From: an uncultured Alphaproteobacteria bacterium
GTDB taxonomy: Bacteria > Pseudomonadota > Alphaproteobacteria > RF32 > CAG-239
Reading direction: 5' to 3'
DNA: 50,641 nt
Assembly: GCA_944390035.1 (NCBI GenBank)
Contig: CALXOP010000017.1
Span: 1-50,641, forward strand
The translations under genes were made by a program, and so were the position numbers. Of this stretch, positions 8,711 to 18,691 are shown in pieces; positions within the stretch are counted from its first letter, which is position 1, and every line of letters begins with the position of its first letter. A model generated the notes under the pieces. The model did not search any database, was not told the DNA's origin, and worked only from the letters and a program-made list of their open reading frames with translations.

Positions 8711-11700
8711 ATGTCAGAACCAAACGCTAATCAGACCAAAAGCAATAATGCTTTGCCCAATTTTATGTCCGACAACAGCAAAGTTAATTATATTGAAGAA
8801 AACGAGACACCAAGCTGGTTTGCCAATAATCTGCACCGCCTGATGATATGGATTAGCGTCATCTGGTTTGGCATTGTCATTATCTATATCAGTCAGTTTT
8901 TTGGCTGGTCCAATTTGTTTTTAATGATGCCTGACGAGTTCGGCGCATTTTTGGCCGGTGTTACCTTGCCTTTGGCAATTATTTGGGTGGTTATGGCCTA
9001 CATTGACCGCGGCACCAACTTCAAAAACGAAGCTCGATTTCTAAGAGCTTACCTCAATCAACTGGTCTATCCGGAAGATGGCGGTGCCGAAACGGCAAAG
9101 GCCATGACGGATGCACTTCGTGCTCAAACATTAGAGTTGCAACAAGCCACCAAAGAAGCCACAATTCAAACTGCCAGAATCAAAGAAGAGCTTGGCGCTC
9201 ACGTTGCAGACTTTGCCAAATTGGTTAACGTCTTAGATACTTATTCCAGTCAAACCATGGGCGAATTAACCGCAGGTGTTAAGACGCTCACAACCAGTTT
9301 TGACTATATTAATGAAAGAACGCAAGTTGCAACAAATGAATTTCAAAAAAAGAGCGAAGATTTTAGCAATGTATCAGAAGAAATTCAGCAAAAAGCAGAA
9401 AATCTGTTAAATAATTTGTTGCCCATTATCAATGATGTTAAAGATTCCGCTGCATTATTGCAAAATATATTTAATGACAATAACGCCAAAATTTTACGCA
9501 CTAATGAGATTGTTGTGAGCAGTGGCAACAAACTTAGCAAAGATATGGAATTAATCAGCGCGATGGTATCAAATCAAGGACAAAAGCTAGAGCAAATTTC
9601 TTCACAAGCTCTTGCAAATTGCCAAACGATATATAAAAATCTTGAAGATGGTACCTCTCAAATTGATAATATCTTAAATTTGCAAAGCAAAACCGTATTA
9701 GGACATCTAGATAAGCTGGAAGACACGGCGACACAAATAGCCGATAAATTTAATGCCTTCAGCGAAAATGTTGGTATGGAGGTCGATAATGTCATTGCGC
9801 GCGCCAATGGTATAGAAGAAACAATCGGTGTCCAAGTTCGTGAACTGGGCAATGTTTCAGATACCATCGCTTCTCAGATGCAAGCCGCAGAAGACAGCAT
9901 ACGCGAAGGAGCCCAATACGTAGCAGAAACTACATCTTCAGCCAGCACTCAAATTCAAAATGTGGCTGATTTGCTAATTCAAAAAGCACAAAATATGAGC
10001 GACATTAGTTCAGATATTGTTACCCAAACAAATGATGCTTTTGCAAATTTTGAGAATAAAAATAACAGCTTACAAGAAATTGCCACAACAATTCAAAACT
10101 CATTAAATGCACTTGGTTCAACAATAGCCGAACGTTCGGATAATATTCGCAACCAAACAGACTTAGCCTTGCTGCAATTAGGTGAGGTTGGCGAGATGAT
10201 GAAAAAGCAAGCCGATAATCTTGCAGAATCATCATCCATTGTTGTCGCCCAAAGCAAAATATCCGAAACGGCTCTTGCTCAACAGCAACGCCACATTAGC
10301 GGTTCAGTCACTAAGATAGAAGAGACAAAAGGCGAGCTCAAGCGCCAAATTGATGAGTTAATCAAAGCTTCTAATATTATTGATAGCGAAGCTGCTGCGG
10401 CAGTCAAACGCCTTAAAGAACAAATGGAAGTTGTTTTACACGCCTCAGAAGAAGTGGTAAAACGCACCAATGCCATTAATGATACCTTGCAAGAACAATC
10501 TCAAACCTTTGAGCAATCAACGGATAAGACACTCCACAAAGCAATGGAAATGGAAGATATTCTCAATAATCAACATGAGAAGTTCGATACACTTTCCCAA
10601 ACCATCGTTGCTCGCACGCAAGATATATCTAAAACGCTTGACACCCATGCATCTCGAATTGATACGGCAATTGATAAATCGAGCCAAACTCATAGCCAAT
10701 TGCTATCCGCTTTTGAGGAGCAATCTGGTGTATTGAATTCCGTTGCCGAAAACGCAGTTAAAAGCGTTACGGACGTAGCTCAAGCATTGGATGAAAAGGC
10801 CGAAACTATCAATCTTCTGTTTAAGCACCAAGAAAATGAGTTCTTTGATATTTGCGACCGCATTGCCGAAAACACTACCAATATCGGTACCTCGCTAAAA
10901 AAACAAGTCGCAACAATCGAGCAAAGCGCCGACAGAGTATTCTCGCGGATGGCTATGCTAGAAGAAGATGTCAACAAGAGAGCAGAGACAGTTGTTTCCA
11001 GTTCGACCCAATCCATGGATAGACTGGGCGAAATTAATGATGCCATCACCAAACAAAATCAAGAAGTTGAAGAAATCATCAAACAAATGGCTGACCGCCT
11101 TAACGTGGTTTACCAAGACTTCAGAGATAATGTAAATCGCTTTGAAGGCATTGTCAAAGACGTTCGTGAAGAAGCCACACTCGCCTCAGAAAATATCTTA
11201 AACAACTGTGGTCGCCTAAAAGACGCGAACGAAGGCTTTGCCGAAAGCAGCAAATCCGTATCAGCCCTTATGGATGGACATATCAAAAAATTAGATGAAT
11301 CCTTGCTTAAGGTTCGCGCCCAAACCGACAGCATTCAAGAATCTTTTGCCCACCAACAAGAGAGCCTGACCGATGTTGTCAATGTCGTTTCGACCCAAAC
11401 CCGCTTAGGCGAGGCTTCCTTAGCGCAACAATATAAATATCTTTCTGATGCCGCCGACAGCGTCGCTCTAAAAATGAACGAGATTAACACACGCTTCAAA
11501 GAAGGTACAGATAAAGTCTTTGAAAATGCTGAGAAAATCGCCTATGAAGTGGACGTTTTGGGCGACAGACTCATCAAAACGGGTGAAGATATTGCCAAAT
11601 CTTCAAAACAATCGATTAAGAACATCGAACAAGCCAATATGGCCTTAGATCAAACATCTGAAGATTTCAATGCCGTAATATCCAAATCACAAGAAAAAAT

Positions 11701-12706
11701 TGGCACTGTCATGCAAGATTATGAAAAATACATTGCCGGTTTTAACACCATTATGGCCGAAGCCAGCACCGGCGTAGTTGAAATCAGCGGTTTGATTAAT
11801 CAACAAAGCGATAAGATGATTAAAATATCTGAAGATACCAAACAACTGGTTGATGCTTTCAATGTTGTCTTAAACGATACCTCAATGCAGTTATCCAAAC
11901 GAGCTAATAATGCTTATGATAAGGTCAAAGGCTTAGGTGAAAATCTCAAGACTTTAAGTCATCAGCTCGAAGAAGCAACCTCTATGAGTGCCAAGCATTT
12001 TGAAAATTCGGGAGACAAATTGCGAGCCACGATTGGCGAAATTTCTGCAAATGCCGAACGTATTTCCAACGAGATTCGCTCTTCGGGAGAAGTCTTCTTA
12101 AAACAATCAGGCGTTTTGATTGCCGCCACGGAAGATACATTGCACAAAGTAGGCGAGGTGATGACAACCTTAGATAAGAACGCCAATGAATTTAATCGCC
12201 GAGGCACAGAGGCTTTGCAAAATACCGCAGCCTTTAGTGAGCTCTATGATAAGCAAATGAAGATTTTAACCGATACATCTTCAAAAGCCGAAAAAGAGAT
12301 AAAAGAGCTCGAAAAACGCTACCAAGGAATGAAGACAGACACCTTCCTCAAAGATGCCTCTGCCATTTTAGAAAAGATGGAAACCATTTCGGTTGATATC
12401 AATCGAATTTTCAACCCAACGGCAGAAGAAGAAATCTGGAAGAAATACTACAATGGCGACACTTCGGCATTTGTACGCTACCTTGCAAAAGCCATGACCA
12501 AGAATCAAGTCTTGGCAATCCGCAAAGAATTTGAGGAAAACCTTGAATTTCGCGCCTTAGTGACCAAATATCTATCTGACTTTGAGTCCTTAATCACCAA
12601 AGCCCGCAGCAATGAGCGCTCGGGAATTTTGCTCTCTGTTATCTCTGGGGCTGATGTTGGTAAACTGTACTACATTTTGGCCAAATCTCTGGATAAGCTC
12701 AACTAA
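8711..12706 (+). CDS. giant membrane-anchored coiled-coil protein (1331 aa)
   Basis: Two N-terminal hydrophobic helices (LMIWISVIWFGIVIIYISQFF, FGAFLAGVTLPLAIIWVVMAYI) are followed by about 1100 aa of Q/E/K/T/A-rich helical sequence with almost no Pro or Gly, then a distinct C-terminal globular part (EEIWKKYYNGDTSAFVRYL...GADVGKLYYILAKSL). Confidence 0.85.
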   Translation: MSEPNANQTKSNNALPNFMSDNSKVNYIEENETPSWFANNLHRLMIWISVIWFGIVIIYISQFFGWSNLFLMMPDEFGAFLAGVTLPLAIIWVVMAYIDRGTNFKNEARFLRAYLNQLVYPEDGGAETAKAMTDALRAQTLELQQATKEATIQTARIKEELGAHVADFAKLVNVLDTYSSQTMGELTAGVKTLTTSFDYINERTQVATNEFQKKSEDFSNVSEEIQQKAENLLNNLLPIINDVKDSAALLQNIFNDNNAKILRTNEIVVSSGNKLSKDMELISAMVSNQGQKLEQISSQALANCQTIYKNLEDGTSQIDNILNLQSKTVLGHLDKLEDTATQIADKFNAFSENVGMEVDNVIARANGIEETIGVQVRELGNVSDTIASQMQAAEDSIREGAQYVAETTSSASTQIQNVADLLIQKAQNMSDISSDIVTQTNDAFANFENKNNSLQEIATTIQNSLNALGSTIAERSDNIRNQTDLALLQLGEVGEMMKKQADNLAESSSIVVAQSKISETALAQQQRHISGSVTKIEETKGELKRQIDELIKASNIIDSEAAAAVKRLKEQMEVVLHASEEVVKRTNAINDTLQEQSQTFEQSTDKTLHKAMEMEDILNNQHEKFDTLSQTIVARTQDISKTLDTHASRIDTAIDKSSQTHSQLLSAFEEQSGVLNSVAENAVKSVTDVAQALDEKAETINLLFKHQENEFFDICDRIAENTTNIGTSLKKQVATIEQSADRVFSRMAMLEEDVNKRAETVVSSSTQSMDRLGEINDAITKQNQEVEEIIKQMADRLNVVYQDFRDNVNRFEGIVKDVREEATLASENILNNCGRLKDANEGFAESSKSVSALMDGHIKKLDESLLKVRAQTDSIQESFAHQQESLTDVVNVVSTQTRLGEASLAQQYKYLSDAADSVALKMNEINTRFKEGTDKVFENAEKIAYEVDVLGDRLIKTGEDIAKSSKQSIKNIEQANMALDQTSEDFNAVISKSQEKIGTVMQDYEKYIAGFNTIMAEASTGVVEISGLINQQSDKMIKISEDTKQLVDAFNVVLNDTSMQLSKRANNAYDKVKGLGENLKTLSHQLEEATSMSAKHFENSGDKLRATIGEISANAERISNEIRSSGEVFLKQSGVLIAATEDTLHKVGEVMTTLDKNANEFNRRGTEALQNTAAFSELYDKQMKILTDTSSKAEKEIKELEKRYQGMKTDTFLKDASAILEKMETISVDINRIFNPTAEEEIWKKYYNGDTSAFVRYLAKAMTKNQVLAIRKEFEENLEFRALVTKYLSDFESLITKARSNERSGILLSVISGADVGKLYYILAKSLDKLN

Positions 12707-12716
12707 GGAGTAAGAA

Positions 12717-13297
12717 ATGTCAATCAGCGGGCTTGGCGCCACATATTCCGCTCTCAACGGTCTGACTGAACAAATTGCGCAATCCGTCAAAAATATTAAA
12801 GCGCAATCGGTTAAACTACCGGAATATTCGGCACCGCAAAATACATCTCAAGCATCTGATAATGCGCAACCTTTTACGCTAAATAGCTATGCCGTCAGTT
12901 ATTTGAGCCCAAATTCACTTTATTCCGTGCACAAAATTGCTGCCGAACAGCCGGAAGAATTACCAAATCGGCAACAAAAGCAGGTATTATCCAATCCAGA
13001 TGGGCAAGAAAATACAACTCAAATAGAAGAGGGGCTCTCTCAGGCGTTAGTTTTAACGAAGAACTTGACCAAGTATTCACATCGGTTGATTATGCTAAAG
13101 TTTCTGCCATCTATCGCCAAAACTTTGTCGTCAATGCACCGGATGTTTCGCTCTTGTTTCAAGGTACTCCAATTTCAGAAAGCCCTGCCCAATATGCCTC
13201 TGATGCTTACCAACAAGCCTCCGAGCTGACCCAAACCGAAGAACCGACCATAGAACTAATGCACAAAAACAACCAACAATTTGATTATAAGATATGA
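12717..13297 (+). pseudogene. small hypothetical gene split between two frames at a T4 run (13051-13054); this could be a genuine frameshift, a sequencing error or slippage
   Basis: A strong RBS (aaggag) precedes the ATG at 12717. The track ORF ends at 13229 with an implausible tail. The -1 frame is open from 12887 to a TGA at 13295-13297 that overlaps the dusB ATG. That frame has no ATG/GTG/TTG before 13154. Confidence 0.55.
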
Positions 13298-14274
13298 AAC
13301 AATTAGGTTTTAAGAGTAACATATTCCTCGCCCCGATGGCCGGCATCACCGACAAACCGATGAGAAATCTTGTTGCCTCATTTGGCAAAGGCAACTTGGT
13401 CTCTGAAATGGTTGCAATCAATGCCATCCAACGCAAAAATCCCAAGAGCTATAAAATAGCCGATGTCCGCGATGAAAATTATCCGGTCACGGTGCAATTA
13501 GTCGGTGGCGACCCGCAACTCTTCGGAGAGGTGGCACAGCTCATCGAGGAATTAGGGGCTTTCAGCATAGACATCAACATGGGCTGTCCCGTTAAAAAAA
13601 TCATCAATAATAACGCCGGCTCAGCCTTAATGAAAGACATTAAGAAGGCATCACAAATAATTGAAACAGTAAAGAAAAATACAAAACTAAATGTGAGTGT
13701 GAAATTTCGTAAAGGCTGGGACCATCAACATGTTAATGCCGTAGAATTTGCCAGCATGTGTGAAAACAGCGGGGCCTCTTTTATCACCATCCACGGTCGC
13801 ACGCGAAGTGATTTCTACTCAGGTACGTCTGACTGGGATATTATTGCCGCGGTCAAACAAGCCGTAAAAATTCCCGTGATTGGCAACGGTGATGTCACCA
13901 CGCCGCAAAAGGCTAAAGAAATGCTTGATTACACCAAAGTTGACGGTGTAATGATTGGTCGAGCAGCCCTTGGTGCACCTTGGCTTATAGCCCAAACCGA
14001 TGCCTATGTTAATCAAGGACAAGAGCCGACTGCCCCGTCCCCTGAAGAGATTAAAAACGTATTACTCACGCACTTAGATGCCCTAATTGCCTATTACGGT
14101 GAAAAACTAGCGCTACCATTGTCGCGCAAATATGCCGGCTGGTATAGCCGAGGCCTAAGAGACGCCAAACGTTTTCGTGAAACATATAATAAAATTAATG
14201 ATTTAACCAGTGCCAGAGCCGAAATTGAAAAATATTTTGCCTCTTGCGAACCATTATCAGAGGAAGAAGCATGA
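13294..14274 (+). CDS. dusB: tRNA-dihydrouridine synthase B
   Basis: 326 aa. Contains FLAPMAGITDKPMR, INMGCP, HGRTR and NGD, typical of the Dus family (NifR3-like). Confidence 0.9.
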   Translation: MKQLGFKSNIFLAPMAGITDKPMRNLVASFGKGNLVSEMVAINAIQRKNPKSYKIADVRDENYPVTVQLVGGDPQLFGEVAQLIEELGAFSIDINMGCPVKKIINNNAGSALMKDIKKASQIIETVKKNTKLNVSVKFRKGWDHQHVNAVEFASMCENSGASFITIHGRTRSDFYSGTSDWDIIAAVKQAVKIPVIGNGDVTTPQKAKEMLDYTKVDGVMIGRAALGAPWLIAQTDAYVNQGQEPTAPSPEEIKNVLLTHLDALIAYYGEKLALPLSRKYAGWYSRGLRDAKRFRETYNKINDLTSARAEIEKYFASCEPLSEEEA

Positions 14275-15632
14275 AAATCATCGTCTGCGGAGCCGGCAGT
14301 GTCGGCAGAAGTATAGTAGGGTACTTAATCCAAGGTAACAATGACATTGTTGTGATTGATAATGATGCCAAAACCTTAGATGCTCTTTCCAAAGAATTTG
14401 ATATTCAACCGGTTTTAGGGGAAGCTGCTCATCCTGATATTTTGGAAAAAGCCGGAGCCTCGAAATCCGATATGCTCATTGCCGTCACCGACAGTGACGA
14501 AGTCAATATGATTGCGTGTGAAGCCGCCGCAGCCTTGTTTAATATTCCCAAAAAAATCGCACGCATTGATTCCCAAGACTATCTGAATCCGCTTTGGAGC
14601 ACACTTTTCAATGATAAAAACATTCCCGTGGACTTAGTCATTTCTCCGGAGATGGCAATCAGCAAGGCAATTTTGTCTTTGCTAAAAGTTCCGGGAGCCT
14701 CGGAAGCCATTTCACTCTTAGATAACCAAATAAAATTGCTGGCTTTCCGTTGCGATGCGCAAACGCCGCTTATTCAAACGCCTTTATCTCACCTCAATCG
14801 GGTTGCTCCTGACTTAAATATCAACATCATCAACATTGTCCGCAACGGACACAGCTTTATTCCCCAGCAAGAAGATTTCATCATGCAAGGGGACACGGTC
14901 TATTTTCTGGCCAAAAATGAGGATATTCCGCAAGCAATCCACGACTTTGGGATGGATCGCAGCTCAATAGAAAAGGTCATCATCTTTGGCAGCAACCTGA
15001 TAACACTGTATCTGGGGAAGGGGCTCGAACAAGACGATAACATCATCAGCCGCACGATTGTAGACGATAACGACCAAGGCACTCGCCGTCTGGCCGATGC
15101 ATTAAACAACACGGTAATCATAAACGGAGAAATGATGAGCGACGTCATCTTGACCGAAGCCGGAATTGAAACTGCTGATGCCACCATTGCCGTCACCCCG
15201 CGCGACAAAGATAATCTTTTGGTATCCATGCTCTCGCAAAAACGAGGCGTGCTAAACACCTTAGCTTTGGTTAACTCTCGCTCGTATGATAATTTGATTG
15301 ACAATATCGGTGATAATATTCTGATAGACCGCTCTTCGGTCACGATTTCGGAGATTTTGCAAGAATTACGCAAGGCCCGCATCAAAGACGCATATTCTCT
15401 GGGGCGAGGGTTTGGTGAAGTCTGGGAAATCGGCATTGATGAAACCAGCATTCACGCCGGACGCAAAATAGGAGAATTGGAATTGCCGCAGGCTAGTCAA
15501 ATTTGTGCCCTGCAACACGAAGACGAAATTATCTTTCCAAGTCTTAACACCACACTTTCGGCCGGCGATACATTGATACTATATGTCAGCAGCAGAGCCA
15601 TCAAAAAAGCCGAACGCTTATTTGCCAACTAA
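14271..15632 (+). CDS. trkA: Trk potassium uptake system NAD-binding subunit TrkA
   Basis: Track ORF trimmed to MKIIVCGAGSVGRSI (Rossmann GxGxxG) at 14271, which forms an ATGA overlap with the dusB stop. Two RCK-N/RCK-C halves are present. Confidence 0.9.
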   Translation: MKIIVCGAGSVGRSIVGYLIQGNNDIVVIDNDAKTLDALSKEFDIQPVLGEAAHPDILEKAGASKSDMLIAVTDSDEVNMIACEAAAALFNIPKKIARIDSQDYLNPLWSTLFNDKNIPVDLVISPEMAISKAILSLLKVPGASEAISLLDNQIKLLAFRCDAQTPLIQTPLSHLNRVAPDLNINIINIVRNGHSFIPQQEDFIMQGDTVYFLAKNEDIPQAIHDFGMDRSSIEKVIIFGSNLITLYLGKGLEQDDNIISRTIVDDNDQGTRRLADALNNTVIINGEMMSDVILTEAGIETADATIAVTPRDKDNLLVSMLSQKRGVLNTLALVNSRSYDNLIDNIGDNILIDRSSVTISEILQELRKARIKDAYSLGRGFGEVWEIGIDETSIHAGRKIGELELPQASQICALQHEDEIIFPSLNTTLSAGDTLILYVSSRAIKKAERLFAN

Positions 15633-15722
15633 CTTATCCCCTTGAGATAATGGATACTTTACTAAAGCAAAAAAATGAGTTTATATAAACAAAAAGAAAC
15701 AACTAATAAGAAGGATAAAACG

Positions 15723-15956
15723 ATGTCACAAGAGACTCAAGATGTTCAAAGCGATTTTTTAAACGACTTACGCAAGAACAAAGTTTCGGTTACCGTATTT
15801 TTGGTAAACGGCGTAAAACTCCAAGGTATCATCACTTGGTTTGACAGTTTTTCTTTGTTGCTCCGTAGAGACGGACATACACAACTTATCTATAAACATG
15901 CCGTATCAACCATTATGCCGAGCACTCCGGTTGACATCAAAATAGATGAAGAATAA
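15723..15956 (+). CDS. hfq: RNA chaperone Hfq
   Basis: Track ORF trimmed to [18 protein letters not shown] at 15723 (RBS aaggat). The Sm1/Sm2 core is [44 protein letters not shown]. Confidence 0.93.
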   Translation: MSQETQDVQSDFLNDLRKNKVSVTVFLVNGVKLQGIITWFDSFSLLLRRDGHTQLIYKHAVSTIMPSTPVDIKIDEE

Positions 15957-17253
15957 ATTCGGACTGGAAAATCACAAAGACCAAAAGACTAAAGCCGCAG
16001 TTATCTTTCCGAGCCTGACAAATTCGGCAATTCGATTGTCGCCCGAGGCAAGGTTACAAGAAGCCTGCGGCTTAGCTTGTGCCATAAACTTAGAGGTTTG
16101 CTTTTCAGAAATCGTCAAATTAAGAGAAATCAAGCCTTCAACCTTTATCGGCCATGGCTATCTGGAAAAACTCCTCCCGATATTACAATCTCAAGAAGTT
16201 GAGCTCTTAATTATTGATACAGCACTCAGCCCGATACAACAACGTAATTTAGAGAAAAAGCTAAACATTAAAGTCATTGACCGCACAGCTTTGATTTTAG
16301 AAATATTTGGAGAAAGAGCAAATACAAAAGAGGGCAAACTTCAAGTAGAACTTGCACATCTGAACTACCAAAGATCACGCTTGGTACGTAGTTGGACACA
16401 CTTGGAACGCCAACGCGGCGGTGCCGGATTTTTAGGCGGCCCCGGAGAAACACAAATTGAACTAGACCGCCGAATAATTGACGACAAAATCCTTAAAATA
16501 GAAAAAGAATTGGCCAAAGTCAAACAAACACGCTCTCTCCAAAGAAATGCCCGTCAAAAAGTTCCTTATCCGGTCATAGCTTTGGTCGGCTATACCAATG
16601 CCGGAAAATCAAGCCTGTTTAACAAACTTTCTCATGCCAATGTTTTTGCAAAAGATTTGCTCTTTGCAACGCTTGACCCTACCATGCGCCGCATCAAACT
16701 CAAAAGCGGTAAAGAAGTTATTTTGTCGGACACCGTCGGCTTCATTTCCGACTTACCGCATGAATTGATAATGTCTTTCCGCGCCACTTTAGAAGAAGTT
16801 TTGGCGGCCGACATAGTGGTTCATGTACGCGATATTGCCGGAGCAGATACACTAGAGCAAAAAAAAGATGTGTTAGATGTGTTGCATAATTTGGGCTTAA
16901 AGGAAATTAAACACCAAGAAAACTACATTGAAGTCTTAAATAAAATTGACTTGCTTAGCCAAGAAGAAAAGAGTAAAATCAAATCATTAGCTCAACGAAA
17001 TAAAAATTCGATTACACTCTCGGCCTTAACTGGGGAGGGAACGGAGGATCTCTTGCAAAAGATTGATACAATTCTCTCCCGACAAGAGCAAATCTTAGAG
17101 TTCAAAATTCCGGTAATGGAAGGAAAAGTAATCTCCTGGATATACGCCAATGCAGAAGTTTTATCCAAAGAAACAAAAGATTCAGACCTTTTCTTAAAGA
17201 TAAAGATTAACTCTGCTAACCTCGCTCGATTACAATCCAAACTCAAATCTTGA
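15946..17253 (+). CDS. hflX: GTPase HflX
   Basis: 435 aa. Contains [22 protein letters not shown], the G1 motif [17 protein letters not shown] and NKID. It lies directly after hfq as in most proteobacteria. The start overlaps hfq by 11 nt and is not certain. Confidence 0.9.
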   Translation: MKNKFGLENHKDQKTKAAVIFPSLTNSAIRLSPEARLQEACGLACAINLEVCFSEIVKLREIKPSTFIGHGYLEKLLPILQSQEVELLIIDTALSPIQQRNLEKKLNIKVIDRTALILEIFGERANTKEGKLQVELAHLNYQRSRLVRSWTHLERQRGGAGFLGGPGETQIELDRRIIDDKILKIEKELAKVKQTRSLQRNARQKVPYPVIALVGYTNAGKSSLFNKLSHANVFAKDLLFATLDPTMRRIKLKSGKEVILSDTVGFISDLPHELIMSFRATLEEVLAADIVVHVRDIAGADTLEQKKDVLDVLHNLGLKEIKHQENYIEVLNKIDLLSQEEKSKIKSLAQRNKNSITLSALTGEGTEDLLQKIDTILSRQEQILEFKIPVMEGKVISWIYANAEVLSKETKDSDLFLKIKINSANLARLQSKLKS

Positions 17254-17306
17254 AAAAAACAAAACATTGACTACATCACACTCATGAACCAAACAGGAGA
17301 GGAACC

Positions 17307-17675
17307 ATGAGAATGTTAGTTTTGTGTATGTTTTTGTTAATGGGATGTGCCAATAGCCAAAACTATGAAAATCAGTTGCAAAATTGGGTAGGCGTCAGCC
17401 AAGAAACTTTGTATGAGAGTTGGGGTACCCCAAATAGTGAATTTTATATTGCGCCCGGCGAAAAGCAAGTCACTTATGTCAAAATCGATGAGAGTGCCAT
17501 TGATGATGAAACGGATCCCTACCAGGGAGAGATTGAATATAGCGCAATCGAAACACCTGACTATGGCTTTGCGGATGACCAAAATCAAACCTACTACTGC
17601 AAAACCAGTTTTACCATTATCAACGGTGAAGTAACCGACTACACTTTTAATGGTGACGATTGCGTTACAAATTAA
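17307..17675 (+). CDS. small lipoprotein (lipobox LLMGC)
   Basis: MRMLVLCMFLLMGCANSQ is a signal peptide plus lipobox, with RBS ggagagg upstream. The motif VGVSQETLYESWGTPN is faintly BamE/SmpA-like; this assignment is low confidence. Confidence 0.7.
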   Translation: MRMLVLCMFLLMGCANSQNYENQLQNWVGVSQETLYESWGTPNSEFYIAPGEKQVTYVKIDESAIDDETDPYQGEIEYSAIETPDYGFADDQNQTYYCKTSFTIINGEVTDYTFNGDDCVTN

Positions 17676-17704
17676 AGTTTAACATTAATTATAAAGAATA
17701 ATGG

Positions 17705-17733
17705 CCGGAATAATCATAAATTATTCCGGTTTT
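17705..17733. terminator. bidirectional intrinsic terminator between convergent genes
   Basis: ccggaataat-cataa-attattccgg followed by tttt. The right arm contains the last codons and the stop of the minus-strand GT2 gene. Confidence 0.7.
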
Positions 17734-18656
17734 ATTCTGCGCACATTTTTCAAAGCCAAAAACTCATCCCGCATTTTTTTCAAGGCCGGCAAATCTGGCT
17801 TCGGCGACACCAACTTGCTCAGAAGATAATTGAAGAACACCTTTGAAAAATAAGGATTTTTTCTGGTCTTTTTATAAAACTTCCAGTAGGCGGATACGGC
17901 GCGTTTATTCAACAATTTCATTGCCCAGATTGGCAATTTCGGATTATCGGCAATCATGTAATAATAAGCCAAGAACCGATCATTATCGAGTTGGATTTTA
18001 TTGCCCGAAAAATTGCCTAACTCTTTAGGCACCAAAACCACATTGGCCGTCATTTTAATTGCACCCAAAGCGTGCGGGGCGCAACGCAGGGGAATAGACT
18101 CATCTTGAATAAAGACTCTCTCGTCGGCACCATTGGCTTTTTTGAGCACGGAAGTCCGAATAAGCTGCCCCATACGAGTAAACCGCCCGGTCAAAATCAT
18201 TTGCAAAGCATTAGGGTTATATTTATAGGTAAACTCACCCAAATATTCTTTTTCCAATGCCTGAGGCTCTTTTCCGGTCTTGGTAAAACAGCCATAAACC
18301 ATATCAGCTTTGTGTTTTTTTGCTAATTCCAGCATTTTTTCAGTGGAATCCAACGGAAAGATGTCATCAGAATCAAGCATTCTGGTATATTCGCCTTGTG
18401 CTTCACGAATACCTTGATTAATGCGAACACTAATGCCGCGATTTTTCTCATTGGTAATAATCTTAACATTGGGAACGTCTTTGGTCATCTCCCGAATAAT
18501 GTCAACAGATTTATCCGAGGAAACATCATCCACAAAAATAAATTCCGGATTTCTCAAACCGGTTTGGTGGAGCAGGGCGGTCAGCACCGACGGCAAATAA
18601 TATTCTTTATTATAAACGGTCATCACAAAACTGACATCAATAGGATTTTGAGACAT
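17721..18656 (-). CDS. family 2 glycosyltransferase
   Basis: 311 aa. VSFVMTVYNKEYYLPSVLTALLHQT...FIFVDDVSSDKS...LDSDD is a GT-A/GT2 signature. Confidence 0.8.
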   Translation of the reverse strand: MSQNPIDVSFVMTVYNKEYYLPSVLTALLHQTGLRNPEFIFVDDVSSDKSVDIIREMTKDVPNVKIITNEKNRGISVRINQGIREAQGEYTRMLDSDDIFPLDSTEKMLELAKKHKADMVYGCFTKTGKEPQALEKEYLGEFTYKYNPNALQMILTGRFTRMGQLIRTSVLKKANGADERVFIQDESIPLRCAPHALGAIKMTANVVLVPKELGNFSGNKIQLDNDRFLAYYYMIADNPKLPIWAMKLLNKRAVSAYWKFYKKTRKNPYFSKVFFNYLLSKLVSPKPDLPALKKMRDEFLALKNVRRIKPE

Positions 18657-18691
18657 CTTACCCCCTAAATTATTTTTCCGATTTTCAACAG

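Noticed and set aside
12717-12800. The N-terminus MSISGLGATYSALNGLTEQIAQSVKNI resembles the N-terminal helix of flagellar hook-associated and rod proteins.
   Set aside because: The similarity is short and compositional, the window contains no other flagellar genes, and the protein is far too small.
14900-15451. 183-aa antisense ORF inside trkA. The same applies to 5309..5674 and 5829..6146 inside parC, 34556..34924 and neighbours inside rnfB, 30329..30778 inside the DsbD-like gene, and 35227..35643 inside rnfC.
   Set aside because: These are shadow ORFs opposite confidently identified genes. They have S/R/L-rich junk composition and no RBS.
15675-15722. 16-codon 5' extension of hfq in the track. 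Similar 5' extensions occur for recO (3289), trkA (14244), rnfC (35122), rnfA (38646), the OMP (41482) and the membrane protein (42449).
   Set aside because: The internal ATGs give canonical family N-termini, have better RBSs, and remove overlaps with upstream genes or terminators.
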